A stretch of DNA of 64,000 nt from Ginglymostoma cirratum (GCA_024137785.1 JAHRHZ010000032.1:4900149-4964148), one strand, 5' to 3'. Shown: positions 38,663 to 51,361, counted from the first letter of the stretch. The notes: generated by a model from the letters alone, not told the origin. Made by a program: numbers and translations.

Positions 38663-40855
38663 CATATATTTTGCATGCCGTGAGTAGTCAACAGTGGAAA
38701 ACAATATTCAATGAGTCCAAAATAGTTAGAAAATCTCATGACAACTGGTTTACAATCATTTAAAGGCAACATGCACCAGTTGGGATGTGCAGCTGTGTAA
38801 AGGCACTGATTTTCTTTGCTTAACTCCATGCAACAAGGGAGGGGAGCAGGAGATGGAGTTCCTGCATGTAAGCTTGGGAATGGCAACAGTGAATCAATAG
38901 TAAATGGATTGTCAAGTGGGGTCACTAATAGAGGAGTGAGTTCACAAGTATAGGGAAGTGAAATAGGAAGGGCATTGCATCCTGGAAATGATGGGATAGT
39001 GAAATCAAGAAAATGTGGGGCAAAGGGCATTGTCAGTACAATGCAAATGAGAGTCCATTTCAGATCGTTGGTTGGCAGAATCCTCACAGGGCTTTGGTAC
39101 AACATTTCAACTAATCCCTGCAGAGATTATTCTTGGACAATATCCCTTGTAATGCATGGAAGAGAAGACCAGTTGAGCTTGCAAATTCAGCTGTGTCCCA
39201 CAGAGTGGTGAGTACAACACTGGACACTAACATAAATACTCAAAGAGTGAACACAAAAATACAGCATTGTTTCTTCCACAATAAAGGAAATGTCCCTATA
39301 ACATCCCTGTAATCATCAACACATCCCAACCATGAGGTAGGCCAGCACATTTAACTTTGACTAAGATAGTCTCAACAAGCAACAATGATGCACACTTGAA
39401 TAAAGTGAAATCATTGTAATGTGAATTACTTACAACTTAAATTTAATTTTGAGGAACACTTGCACCACCTTTGGGCTCTCAAGTCTTATGTTAATGTCAG
39501 CGGAGTTGGGCAGAATGCTGTGGTCAAGATACAAAGTCTCCTTGTTTGACCAGAAGCTCCTCTGACCAGACCCTCTGTAGGTGCAGCATTGTCAACTGAT
39601 GGTAGGTTTTACCAATGAGAAACTTCTGCTGCCACTAAATCAAATGTGTTTTGCATGCAGACTCTGGCACTTCTAGATTTAAATTTAATCACATGGGAAG
39701 AGGCGAATATGGGAAATGAAAGTGGCAAGCTGTTGAGAAAATCCCAGTCATGGAGTTAGCTCCATAATGTCTGTCCACCTCCAAGCAGTTTTCCCACTGA
39801 ACAGTCCCTAATGGCTGAGCTTTCCCAGCCTCATTTTCCAGATACAGATACCATGAGTGGTGCTTCCCCCACCCCACAATTCACCGCAGTAATGAGGCAG
39901 TCAAGCCCACATCCACAATGTGCAGATTGAGGAGTGAAAATCATTTCCTGCTGTCTTGAGACATGCATTGTAGATTGCAGTCAATTTCCATTTAACACTA
40001 ACAGTAAGATTACACTACATTAAAACTGCATCATCAAAACCATAGCTGGAGGCTTACATTTGGTCCCAGTATAATGTGGGCTGTCAAATGAAGTTCATTC
40101 TGGAAAGGTTCCAATCCACAATGGCCTATTTCATGTCTTTCCCCCATATATATTAAAAAATAGATTCTGTACAGCTGATCCCAAAATTTCAGTTTTGCTG
40201 AATTATTCCTTGTAATGCAGTAATATATTAATTTCTGGAATTTCCCGGAGCTCAATCCCATCAGCTAACTCAAATAAACTGTTAACTTGGCAGGATAATT
40301 TCTGCCTCCTTTGCATCTGATCACATCTTACACCTTTTCTGGCTATTGTCACTGAAGTTGACATCAGTTTAATCATGAATAAATGAGGCAGAGATGAATG
40401 TCCAGCTAATATTTCAATTGAAATAACTCTTTTAAAGTAAGTCACACTGTGATTAAGTCAATATTAACACCAGCAGTGCTAATGAGATTTAAAGAGATTG
40501 CCTTAGGCAAACTATGGCTATACGATTAGATTTGCTTTTCGTTTATTTCCATTTAATAACATCTGTGCCTTGACTCACAACTAACCAATATATAACTATT
40601 ATCCAAGAAATTTGTGCGTAACTGCCTGACTATACCTCTGGCCACAAAAGTATGAGAAAGAAGAACAGGAGTAGGCCACATGATACCTCAAGACTGCTCC
40701 ATCATTCAATTCCACTTCACTACCTAAGTCCCATCGGTCTTGGGTCCCTTGTAGACCAATAAACCAGCCTTCATGACTCTCTGAGATGGAAAATTCCAGT
40801 TTAACATTACTTTGAGAAGAAATTTCTCCTCATCTTCATCTTAAATGGGAGACTT

Positions 40856-41305
40856 AAATGAGAGGGTTGGATTATGAGGAGAGACTGAGTAGACTGGGCT
40901 TATACTCATTGGAATTCTGAAGAATGAGGGGAGATCTTATAGAAACATATAAGATTATGAAGGGAATAGATAAAGTGGAGGCAGGGAGGTTGTTTCCGCT
41001 AGCAGGTGAAACTAGGACCAGAGGCCATCGCCTCAAAATAAAGGGAAGCAGATGTAGGACTGAGGTCAGGAGGAACTTCTTCACCCAAAGGGTTGTGAAT
41101 CTGTGGAATTCCCTGCCAGTGAAGTGGTTGCAGCTACCTCGCTGAATGTAAGGCAAGGCTAGATAAACTTTTGAACAGTAAAGGAATTAAGGGTGAGTCG
41201 GCGGGTAAGTGGAGCTGAGTCTCAAAGATCAGCCATGGTTTAATTAAATGGCGGGGCAGGCTCGAGGGGCCAGATGGCCAACTCCTGCTCCTAGTTCTTA
41301 TGTTC
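40856..41305 (+). mobile_element. CR1 3' fragment nested in an older, oppositely oriented CR1 3' remnant (about 40655-41450)
   Basis: ORF 40924-41145 (MRGDLIETYKIMKG..FFTQRVVNLWNSLP) plus tail. Confidence 0.88.
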
Positions 41306-41461
41306 TCTCATTTTGAAGCTATGTCCCTAGTCCTGAAAACCCCGACAGCAGGAAACACTCTCTCAGCATCTACTCTGTCAAACACTCTCATGTGCTCATG
41401 TTTCTAAATTGTTTCTCATTCCTGGCCCTTTCAGGACAGCCCTCCAACCATCAAATATTCT

Positions 41462-41510
41462 AGATAACAAGCATGGGGCTGGATGAACACAGCAGGTCAA
41501 GCAGCATCAT
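41462..41510 (-). mobile_element. 49-bp Penelope-like terminal fragment with 8-bp TSD
   Basis: Matches 58729-58777. TSD aatattct at 41454-41461 and 41511-41518. Confidence 0.85.
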
Positions 41511-42491
41511 AATATTCTTTCCTCTTCCACCCCATTGCATATACGCATGTACGCAGATGTATAATGTGTAAACCATAACTGTTAAGTTGTCAAAGTGTGA
41601 TATACTACTGGACAGAGCAATGCTACAAACAGGATTAACTTTGCTCAGGTACTGGCTAAGAAGAGTTTACAGAACACATTAAACTGTACAAAGTATGTAG
41701 CATGTGAATTTTACAAGAAACTTCTTCAATGTGGGATGCAAAAAGAGAATACATCGAAATCAGAATAGGGTGAATATTATCATAGGTGCACAGCCTGGAC
41801 GAAGTGGATAGTATTGAGTTCACTGAAGAATCTGATGTCTTTATTACTGACATAACTGAATTTATCAATGCTGCATCATCCAATTAACAGGACTGACCTA
41901 TCGCATGACAGTGACAGTGACAGTGCACTTCTTTGAAACACAGAGCACACGTTACCAGTTTTCAAGTTTTCAGGAAACCAGAACATGCATTTAAATCTTG
42001 CTCATCCCACATTACCTGCATTAAACGTGTGCGATTTTGAGGGTTGGGGGCAACGCGTATGGCAAGCAAAATACTTGAACAACATACACTGCGATATTAT
42101 GATGGACAATGTATTTTGATTCCAGCATCAGTATTGGAGGCAAGATAACATAACTTGGTTGGGAATCACTAGTGCATTGGGATGCAATGCATTTGGTGCC
42201 AAAAGAGGCAAAACTTTCTCTGCTATATTTACAATGCTAACATCATTGTAATTTAAAACGGAGGCTAACTCAGTCCATATCAATCTGTTGAAAGGTATTA
42301 CATTTCAGAAACCAGATTTCAGCTAATGTTCTGCATAATTTAATTCTTCATACATCATACAATCATATCTTAAAATTTTCAGTAAGGTGGACTCATATAA
42401 TATGGTCTAATGCTAATCAAAAGGATAGTTTTTGAAACAATTCTTCATTAAAGCATTCTTTCCTAAACTGAAAATAATAGCTATACGGTAC

Positions 42492-42902
42492 CTGGTTGTT
42501 GTACAGTCACAAAAGTCAGTCCAGACTGATCCTCTCCCAGTTTATACCAAACATCATTGGGGTCAAGTAGCCACTCTTCCACATAACAATAATAACTGCC
42601 ACTATCATATGTCGTTGCTTTCTTCAGTATCACATTATATAGATCATTAGTAGCTTTTTCAAATTGTAGTCTATCCCTCAGACTTGCACTGTTATTGATG
42701 GAGCTGCCATATTCAAAAACAGAATTCCGATTCAGGTGGAGAATGGGGTATTGTTCTTGCTCCTCTATTTTCTGGGAATACCATGTCACAGATACTTGGG
42801 AGTCCAGGTTAGTACGGTTGCTGATCTTGCATTCCAGTTGAATTTGGCTGTCCTCAGGCACAGTGATACTTTTCTCAATTTTGTCAGTTTGCAAGTTGCT
42901 TT
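42492..42902 (-). CDS. igsf3: IGSF3 internal exon, V-type Ig domain (second from the membrane)
   Basis: IQLECKISNRT..VSVTWY..DSGSYYCYVEEWLLDPNDVWYK..VTVQQP. Acceptor ctcttgtacctacag, donor gtaccg, 411 nt, phase 1-1. Confidence 0.93.
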
Positions 42903-43564
42903 CTGTAGGTACAAGAGAGTTTTTACTTTATTAAAAGGAAACCTGAAAGCCTTTAAATATTATAGAAGCTTGGTTGCATTAGTCCCCAAACACACTAATT
43001 TATTGGATATTCAATTCAAATACATTAACTTGATGGAGTTAAGAAAACTGATTTTTGAAAACACAAATAGTTTAACTTTTACGTTTTGATGCATCAAATG
43101 GAGTAAAACAGAAATCGCTGGAAATCACAGCATCACAAAATAGTTACAACATGGAAAGAGAGACTCAGCCCAACATGCCTGTGCTGGCTCTTTGTAAACG
43201 TTAATCAGCTATTTCCACTCTTCTGTCATTTCTCCATTGCCCTGCAATTATTTTCTTTCTGGATAATTTTCTAACCTTAGTTTTGAAATTCATGATTTAA
43301 TCTGCCCTATCTCTCTCTCAGATAGTGCATTCTGGATACCAACCTCTTGCTGCATGAAATCTTTTCCTCATGTTACCTCTGATTTTTTTTGAAAATCATC
43401 TTAAATCACTGCCCTCAGGTTCTTGATCTTTCTTTAAACAGGAACCTATACGCTGTCCAGAATCCCCATGATTCTGAACACTTTTATCAAATGTCTGCTT
43501 AACCTTCTCTTTTCTAAAGAAAGTAGCCCTATTTTATCCAAATGATCTACGTAACTTATGTACA

Positions 43565-43895
43565 TAGAATGTTTCATAGAACCCCAACAGTGTGGAAACA
43601 GGCCCTTCAGCCCAACACATCCACACCGACCCTTGGAGCATCCCATCCAGACCCATCCTCCTATAGCCCACCCAAGCTACACATCTCTGAACAGTACAGG
43701 CAATTTAGCATGGCCAATCCACATAACCTACACATCTTTGGACTGTGGGAGGAAACCGGAGCACCTGGAGGGAACCCACACAGACACTGGGAGAATGTGC
43801 AAACTCCACACAGACAGTCAGCCAAGGGTGGAATCGAACCTGGGTCCCTGGTGCTGTGAGGCAGCAGTGCTGACCACTGAGCCACCATGCCAGCC
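43565..43895 (-). mobile_element. Full-length tRNA-derived HE1/V-SINE-like SINE inside an old CR1 remnant (about 43140-44110)
   Basis: A box TGGCTCAGTGG, B box GGTTCGATTCC, V-domain-like tgtgtggagtttgcacattctccc..ccggtttcctcccaca, and CR1-type tail gggctgaagggcctgtttccacactg. Confidence 0.9.
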
Positions 43896-44794
43896 AAATC
43901 TTTGTAAATTTTTTTCTGCAAGCATTCCATTGCCTTCACATCCTTCTGAAAGCACTTTGCCCAGAATTGGCTGAACCAGTGTTTTGTAAAGGTTTTTCAT
44001 AAATTGCTTCTTTTTGTACTTGATGCCTATATTCATAAAGTACAGGAGCTCAGATACTTTATTGGCCACTTTCTCAACTTCTCCTGCCAGCTTCAATGAG
44101 TTTGGAGAAAGAGGGATGGAATTTGTTGTTCTCCCCAGGCCTAGAGCCAGGGAGGCATTTAATTGCGCAAGAGGGTGTCTGGTGGGGACCACACCACTTT
44201 CCTGCCTCTGTCCCAGTGAAGTCTGGATTGGGAAGGCTCACAGATGGCCTTCCTTTCCTGGCGCCAATTTAGGTGAAAGTGACGTGCAGCAAAGGTAGAG
44301 GTTCCGTGACCATAGTAAGCCAGCTAGTATATTCTGTACAAATGCATGAATCCGAAATGAGTTATTGCATTGCTTTCACAATTGTTGGTTGCTGTATCTC
44401 TGCTATTGCTGCCACCTTGGCAGGACCCAGGCAGAGATCTTTTGCTGTAAGTACACAACCTACGTACTTAATGAAATCTTCAAATATTTCTTATTCAGCT
44501 TCATCTTCATCTGATGAATTCTCTCTTTAGTAGTCACACTAGATTCTGATTGTGGTCTGCAATGGCTTCTTCCATTGTGTTTCCACATCCGTAGACTAGT
44601 AGATCATCCATTATGTCTTCTAATTCAAGAAGATCGCTGACTGCCTTGTGCTGTCTACTTTGTTGCTCTTCCAGAGCAGTGGAAATGCCAAGTGGCATGA
44701 GCAACTATCTGTAACCCTGAATGGGTTTTCATTTAGCTTCACTTGCCAGTGACTTATTTTTGCATCAAGGGCAAGCCCTGGTAAAATCTATTCA

Positions 44795-46430
44795 TTGGGA
44801 AATAGCATATCGGAAATTAAGTAGGCCATTCAGCCTTTGAGCCTGCTCCACTATCCAATGTAATCATGGCTGATATCTAATTTAGTACCCTGTTCCAGCT
44901 TTCTTCCCATATCCTTTGATCCCTTTAGTCCTAAGAACTATATCTACATCTTTCTTGAAATTCTTCAATATTTTGCCTCAACTGTTTCCTCTGGCAGAGA
45001 ATTCAACAGGCTCAGCACTCCCTGGGTGAAGAAATTTCTCCTCATCTCTAGCCTAAAAAGCCTACCCTATATCCTTAAACTATCACCTCTAATTCTAGAG
45101 TCCCTGGTCATGAAGAACATCTTTCCTGTATCTACCCTGGCTAATTCTGTTAGAAATGTTCTAGATTTCTATGCTATTCCTCCTCCTCCCAATTCTTCTA
45201 AACTCTATTGAATATAGTCCTAACTGATTCAGTCTTTCCACATACATCAGTCCCACCGTCCCAGGAATTAGTCCAACAAAGCTTCTTCGTACTCAATAGC
45301 CAGAAAATCCGTGCTTAGATAAGGAGACCAAAACTGCACACAATACTCCAGGTGTGGTCCTACTAAGACTCTGTGCAGTTGCAGTAAGTCATCCGAACTC
45401 GTGTAATTGAATCCACTCTATATGAAGGCCAACATACCATTTGCCTTTTTCGCTATTTGCTTACCTTCAGTGACTTGTGTAAAAGGTCTCATTGCACCTA
45501 CCCCTTTCCCAATCCATCCCATTCAGATAATAACCTGCCTCCCTCTTTTTTGCTATCAAAGTGGATAGTCTCACATTTATCCACATTATAGTGACTCTAC
45601 TATGTATTTATCCGCTTAACTTGTCCAAATCACACTGAAGCCTCTTTGTTTCCTTCCCACAGTATACCTTCCCATCCAGTTTGGTGTCATCTGCAAACCT
45701 GGAGATGTGACACTTAAATCATTAATATATATTGTGAATAGCTAGGGTCCAAGCACTGATGCCTGTGGTACCCCACAAGTCATTGCCTGCTGAAATAACA
45801 TAAACAAAGGCTGGTGTCCCTTCACCGAGTCATCCTTTATTTAAATATGAAGTATCCTTGACACTGATCTAGCTCCCTCGGAGCCAGCTCTCAGAGTGAG
45901 CAGAACCTCTGATACTTCTGTTCTTATCTGTCAGCCAAGGCTGCCTGATTGGACAGGCAGATTAACAGCCTCAATCAGGGAGCTCATATTCTATGAGATC
46001 CACCTGGTTGACCTTGTTACAATCATCGCACCTGGTACTCGGAAAAAGACCTGTTTACTCCTACTCTTTGTTTCCTGTGTACAAACAGTTCTTGATCCAT
46101 TTCAGCATACAATCTCCAATCCCATGTGCTTTAATTTTGCATGCTAATCTCTTATGCAGGACCTTAACCAAAGCCTTCTGAAAATTCAAGTAAACCACAG
46201 CTACTGGCTATAGGGGAGTCCAAAACTAGAAGGCATAGGTTTAAGGTGAAAGGGGAAAGGGACTTGAGGGACAACTTTTCCACACAAAGGGTGGTGTGTA
46301 TATGGAATGAGCTGCCAGGGGCTGTACCTTGTCCATGTTTCTAGGCACATCCTTGATAAATTCCAGCAGATTTGGAAGGGTGACTTCTCCTTCGTAAGCC
46401 CATATTGACTCTGTCTGATCCTGTCATTAT
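44795..46430 (-). mobile_element. CR1 RT/3' fragment inserted in Gypsy remnant 3
   Basis: QSQYGLTKEKS, GVPQASVLG and SRFADDTK motifs on the minus strand, with a CR1 3' end near 44800. Confidence 0.85.
45791..46030 (-). mobile_element. Solo LTR (240 bp)
   Basis: TG...CA termini, 5-bp TSD cctgc/cctgg (one mismatch), minus-strand AATAAA near the 3' end; cleanly splits the CR1. Confidence 0.75.
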
Positions 46431-46597
46431 TTGATGGTTGGCATGGCACAGTGAGATACTTCAATGATTTATTGAGATCCTTTAGATCTACGCATACTCT
46501 CAGCTTTCCAGGTTCATTTGCTACTACTATGCTCTCCTCATCAGATGCTGAGTTAGTCTTACACTCTCATTTATATCAAAATAGCATTCACCGGGAA

Positions 46598-47020
46598 GAA
46601 ATAGTATCATACAGCACAGAAACAGACCCTTCAGCCCAACTTGTCCATGCTAACGAGGTTTCCTAAACTGAACTAATCCCATTTGCCTGCATTTGGCCCA
46701 TATCCCTCTTAAACCCTTCCTATCCATGTAGCTGTCCAAATGTCTTTTAAGTGTTGTAATTCTACCTGTCCCTACCACTACCACTGGCAGCTCGTTCCAT
46801 ATACACACCACCCTCCGTGTGGGAAAGTTGTCCCTCAGGTCCCTTTCCCCTCTCACCTTCAGCCTATGTCTTCTAGTTTTGGACACCCTTACCTTGGTGA
46901 AAAGACCTTGGTTGAATGGCCTACCTATACCCATTGTGATTTTATAAACCTTTATAAGGTCATGCCTCAGCCTCCTACATTCCAAGGAAAAATCTCAGCC
47001 TATCCAGCCTTCTCAGACCA
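46598..47020 (-). mobile_element. CR1 3' fragment
   Basis: ORF 46650-46985 (RRLRHDLIKVYKI..WNELP) plus tail. Confidence 0.88.
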
Positions 47021-47499
47021 GTAACTGCATCCTTGTAATCTTCAAGGGTCTGTTCATCAGTCAATGGCTTGGTGGCCAGCAAAATATTGCAAATCAATTT
47101 TGGCAAATGTAATGTTTTCAGTCCAATCAAATCAGCTGAGATAAATGGATTTTGCTTACTATCACTAACAGATCTTCATTTTTCCCCCTGCTTTGAGCTC
47201 TCACCTTCATTTGTCCTCCTGGGATGGGTATTGTTCCATCACATAGTCTCAACCTTACCTTCAAAAGTTTCATGTTTCATGTTACCTTCTTGAGCAATCA
47301 CACAAGTCCTCAAAACTCATGCTGTTGCATAAAGTACTGGTGTCTATTGGGTGTTTCATATTCATTTGATACTCTCCTTCTGCAGTAATCATTCTAATAA
47401 CCACAACCAATTTACTACCTTTAGATCTGTATTATGCTGTAGAGCAATTTATCAGAATAAACGGCTGACATCTCTCCAAAAGCCATCTGTACAGGCTTA

Positions 47500-47596
47500 G
47501 ATAACAAGGTGTAGAGCTGGATGGACATAGCAGGCCAAGCAGCGTCAGAGGAGCAGGCAAGGCTGATGTTTCGGGCCTAGACCCTTCTTCAGAAAT
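47500..47596 (-). mobile_element. Mini Penelope-like terminus with hammerhead core
   Basis: Minus strand CTGAAGAAGGGTCTAGGCCCGAAACATC; ggctta on both flanks. Confidence 0.8.
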
Positions 47597-47819
47597 GGCT
47601 TACTTTGCTTATTTCTAACTAAACACTGCCATGTAAAGTGATTCAGCTTCTTGCAATGAAAGCATTGTTTCCCCAACACTGGACATGTATTTTTTTCTTT
47701 TGAATGGAGACCTCTGCAATATTTACATGCAGTCCTCAGGCCTTGATCATTCTGCTGGCTCTTGAACAAATATTTCTTCCTTTTTTCCAATATGTTGTTC
47801 TGATTTGACCTGGAATATG

Positions 47820-48040
47820 AGTCAATAAATGTGGAGCTGGAAAAGCACACCAGGTCAGACAGCATTTGAGGAGCAGGAATGTCAATGTTTCGGGCCGAAA
47901 GCCTTCATCAGGACTGATGAATGACTTTGGCCCGAAACATTGACTTTCCTGCTTCTCGGATGATGCCTGACCAGCTGTGCTTTTCTGGCTCCACATTTAT
48001 TGACTCTAGCTTCCAGCATCTGCAGTCCTTTCTGTCTCCA
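47820..48040. mobile_element. Palindromic mini Penelope derivative with two back-to-back hammerhead cores and 14-bp TSD
   Basis: TSD tgacctggaatatg at 47806-47819 and 48041-48054. Inverted arms of about 93 nt centred on ttcatcag-ga-ctgatgaa. Confidence 0.88.
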
Positions 48041-49701
48041 TGACCTGGAATATGTCTTAGTGTAATGTAAAGTTTCAGTTACTCTCCCATTAATACACAA
48101 GGGATGATTGACAACCTCAGAGTTTCTGCACATCAAGGGCTTTCTTGAGAACGAGTTTCTCTTCTCTCTTTTGATGTGCTTTCATTTTGGGATCTCTTAT
48201 GCTTAAAGCAATCCTATCTCTGATGAGATCATCTTTGAGTTGTCCAAACAATCAATGCGGCAGTGCTATCACATACAGAACAACAGTCTCCCTCTCCTAA
48301 AGCTCTGATATACAACCATACCATTCACTAGTATTATTGATATGGGGTTTAAAGTATGGCTTCAAACTCTCTCCTGTCTGAGTCCTCTTCTTCTCAGTGT
48401 CATCTCAGGTGCAATGCAGTTTTGTAGCAGTCTTTTCTCAGTATTGATAAGAGGGTTGTAACTCTTATTTACCCAGTTATGTTATTTAATTCTTTATATA
48501 TTTCATAGTCTTGTGAGTGAGAGAATAAGCCAATTCTGTCTCCTCCGTCATTTCCATAGGAGAAGGGATTAGAGAATTAACAGCCATTGTGATTCATTCA
48601 GCACTTTAAAGTTGCAGACTGTGGTGATTTAATTCATCCTTGAGTAAGTTTTCTTTTAATTGGAGCTGACTCTCTTACAGCTCTGAAAAGTCGCCCAATT
48701 TCAACTACACTCTTTTGACATCATACTTTTAAGTAATAGATCTAATGGCTTCCACAAACTAAAATGAAAGCAACCAACAGAAGACATGGAGATCACATGA
48801 CAATGGTAAGGTCACTAGTATATTACGTCCTAATGAATTTCTCCACGTATGCCTCTGCAGGGTGCATTGCTGGCTGCTAACTTGGTTTCTGGTGGCTCTG
48901 CCTGAAATGAAGAACCAATGGCCTCTAAATGGCCAGCAGTTCTCAGGGGAACGAAGTGTCCTTGTACCCAGGGAAGGTGGCCTGCTAAGCACCCAAGTGG
49001 CCAAGGATGCAATGTGCATTCTCAAAAGTGGCTGCCACAGTTCTCCACCTGTTGGGCAAGGCCCTTATTGTCTGGATTAAATTCCACCAATAACCCCAGG
49101 ACCTTCTGCTAGGTCCATCTACATCATTTTTTCAAATTGAATCTTTTATTTTATATCACATGCAAGGTATTTGTTTCTTAGCTTTGGAGCTGAATGGGGT
49201 CAATCAGCTAAGATATCAAACGAATCAAATTGCTCACATCAGTTCTATCTCCGAATTTAAAGTCATGAAAATGACAGCTAACACCAGGGTTCAAATGTCG
49301 AATGTGTAGCATGCTGCTTGTGCACTTTTGCTACAAATAACACTGGCATGAAATCCCTTATAAAATTTTAATTGACTTTAAAATATAATTAGGTAGATTA
49401 CTTCTGTCAGGGAAGAGAATATGTAAAATATTATTCTTCTTTGGTCCTGAATATTTCAAATTGTTAACATTGTTCAACACACAAATTACAAAGTATCATG
49501 ACATGCATTCAGTCCTCACTTTTCTATCTCTTTTCAAAATTCTGTATTACTCTTTAAGCAACAAGAGGGCATAGCTTCTGCCAATGCAGTTATCAAGTGA
49601 GATACATGGCTAGCACTCAGACCTTCTCTTCTGTCCTACTTGTGAGGCAACTAGCACCATTGCACAGAATATTTTTCACAAAGACAAAGTTGATTCAATA
49701 C

Positions 49702-50109
49702 CTGGGCGCTGGACAGTGACAATGGTCTGTCCAGATGTGTCCTCTCCAATTTTATACCAGATGTTGTTGGGGCTTAGTAGCCATTCCTCCACATGACAAT
49801 AGTATTTCCCACTATCATTAATGTCAGCTTTTAGTAAGACCAAGGTATAATGCCCAGTAAAAGGTTTTGCAACTTGCAGTCTCTCCTTCTTCTTGTCTCT
49901 TCCTAACCAGTCCTTGTGCTCAACTACAGAGTCACGGTTTGATTTCAGGATCAGCTTGTCAGCTTTCTCCGGTGATTTCTGAACATGCCATTGCACAGAG
50001 AATTGAGAGTCTGGTCTTGTTTGATTTGTGATGTAGCAGTTTAAATGAATATTGTCATTTTCTTTCACAACAATGTTTCTCTTTGCTTGATTGACTTTTA
50101 ATTTACATT
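49702..50109 (-). CDS. igsf3: IGSF3 internal exon, V-type Ig domain (third from the membrane)
   Basis: Translation (E)CKLKVNQAKRNIVVKENDNIHLNC..FSVQW..DSGKYYCHVEEWLLSPNNIWYK..VTVQRP has the V-set B-Cys, C-Trp, D-x-G-x-Y-x-C and an EW[IL] motif. Acceptor ttttttctcttacag, donor gtattg, 408 nt, phase 1-1. Confidence 0.93.
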
Positions 50110-50712
50110 CTGTAAGAGAAAAAAGATCAGGTCACATATAGAGCAGTGGTAAATACAAAATAAAAACTAATTTTAAGAAAATCTTTTTTTTCATGCATTT
50201 TAGCAACCATAATAGTCTGCATTTTGCAGTCGGCGGTGAAGTGACAACACTTTCTTGACATTAATTTGAATCTGCTGTCAAGTCAAGTGAATCTCCAGGT
50301 GTCCAGCAACAGTAAGCTCATCAAGCAGAATCATCAGTCAATTGCATTGAAGTATTCTCATAGACAGCAAACTAAGAAGCAAATTGCACTGATTATTCGT
50401 CATAAGGATATTTCACAGATAGCAAAACATAACTGAGCCATTCATATGGGATTCTGGCAAAATCTCAATGATCATGAACAAGATGAACGAGCTCTAAAAA
50501 ACATAAAAATTCATCTTGTTTTATGTCACAATGGAGAAATTTGGCTTACCACAAGTATTACATCAGTTTTCCAGGGCCAGAAAGGTTGGTCAGCAGCAAT
50601 GATAAATCTGGTATGCCAACAAAGCCCAGTTAGGCCTTGTTCAATATGATGGAACATTTTCAATGGTTTTAACACAAAACCAATGGCATAAAAAGGGAAG
50701 TTCTCATCAGTG

Positions 50713-50948
50713 ATAACAAGGTGTAGAGCTGGATGAACACAGCAGGCCAAGCAGCATCAGAGAAGCAGGAAAGCTGACATTTCGGGTCTAGGCCCTTCTT
50801 CAGAAGGGTCATTTCTGAAGAAGGGTCTAGACCCAAAATATTCAGCTTTCCTGCTCCTCTGATGCTGCTTGGCCTGCTGTGTTCATCCAGCTCTACACCT
50901 TATTATCTCAGATTCTCCAGCATCGGCAGTTCCTACTATCTCTGTTAC
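50713..50948. mobile_element. Palindromic mini Penelope derivative with two opposed hammerhead cores and 15-bp TSD
   Basis: TSD aagttctcatcagtg at 50698-50712 and 50949-50963. Inverted arms of about 93 nt around cttcagaa-gggtcat-ttctgaag. Confidence 0.88.
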
Positions 50949-51361
50949 AAGTTCTCATCAGTGTTGTTATTTCTAATAGTTTTCAGTCTAGTGATGCTTT
51001 AACAAGGCATGTTTGCAAAAGTAAAGAATCATTCACAGCTATTACTGGATTTCCATGTTCAATTACAAACGTGCAGACTCCAGAAATTGCTGTCAGTTTC
51101 AGAGGACTATTGATAATGAATGCTGACAGTTTTGCAATCATCATTGATTATTAAACATCATTATCCAAGTCATCTTCTTCTACAGCTGGAGCAAGATCTT
51201 CACAAAAATCTGCACTGAGATAATTTACTTCCAAGCAAGACAACTTTCTTCTCTACCTCATCTATACATTCCTCTCAGTGCCTGCTACAGGATTACCGTG
51301 ATTTAATCCATGTAACAGAGCAATCAACAGTGTTACAAAGATACTTTATAATTAATACTAA

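Larger units (their letters stand above)
44290..48730 (-). mobile_element. Decayed Ty3/Gypsy gag-pol, Gypsy remnant 3, fragmented by several insertions
   Basis: Gag zinc knuckles CKYCRGLH..CPVLGKQCFHCKKLNHFTWQC (ORF 47545-47865); protease IDTSTLCNSMSF near 47330; RT PGKLRVCVDLKDLNKSL near 46480; MPLGISTALEE..IMDDLLVYGCGNTMEEAIADHNQNL at about 44550-44700. Confidence 0.88.

Noticed and set aside
43800-43895. tRNA gene (A and B boxes)
   Set aside because: The boxes are the head of a SINE with central domain and LINE tail; the same applies at 33900-33966, 55490-55553 and 61660-61725.
48840-49110. GC-richer short modules (also about 8600-8820, 39700-39950, 44120-44270, 55330-55490) as a MITE family
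   Set aside because: They look repeat-like but I could not define TIRs, TSDs or a reliable mutual alignment by eye.
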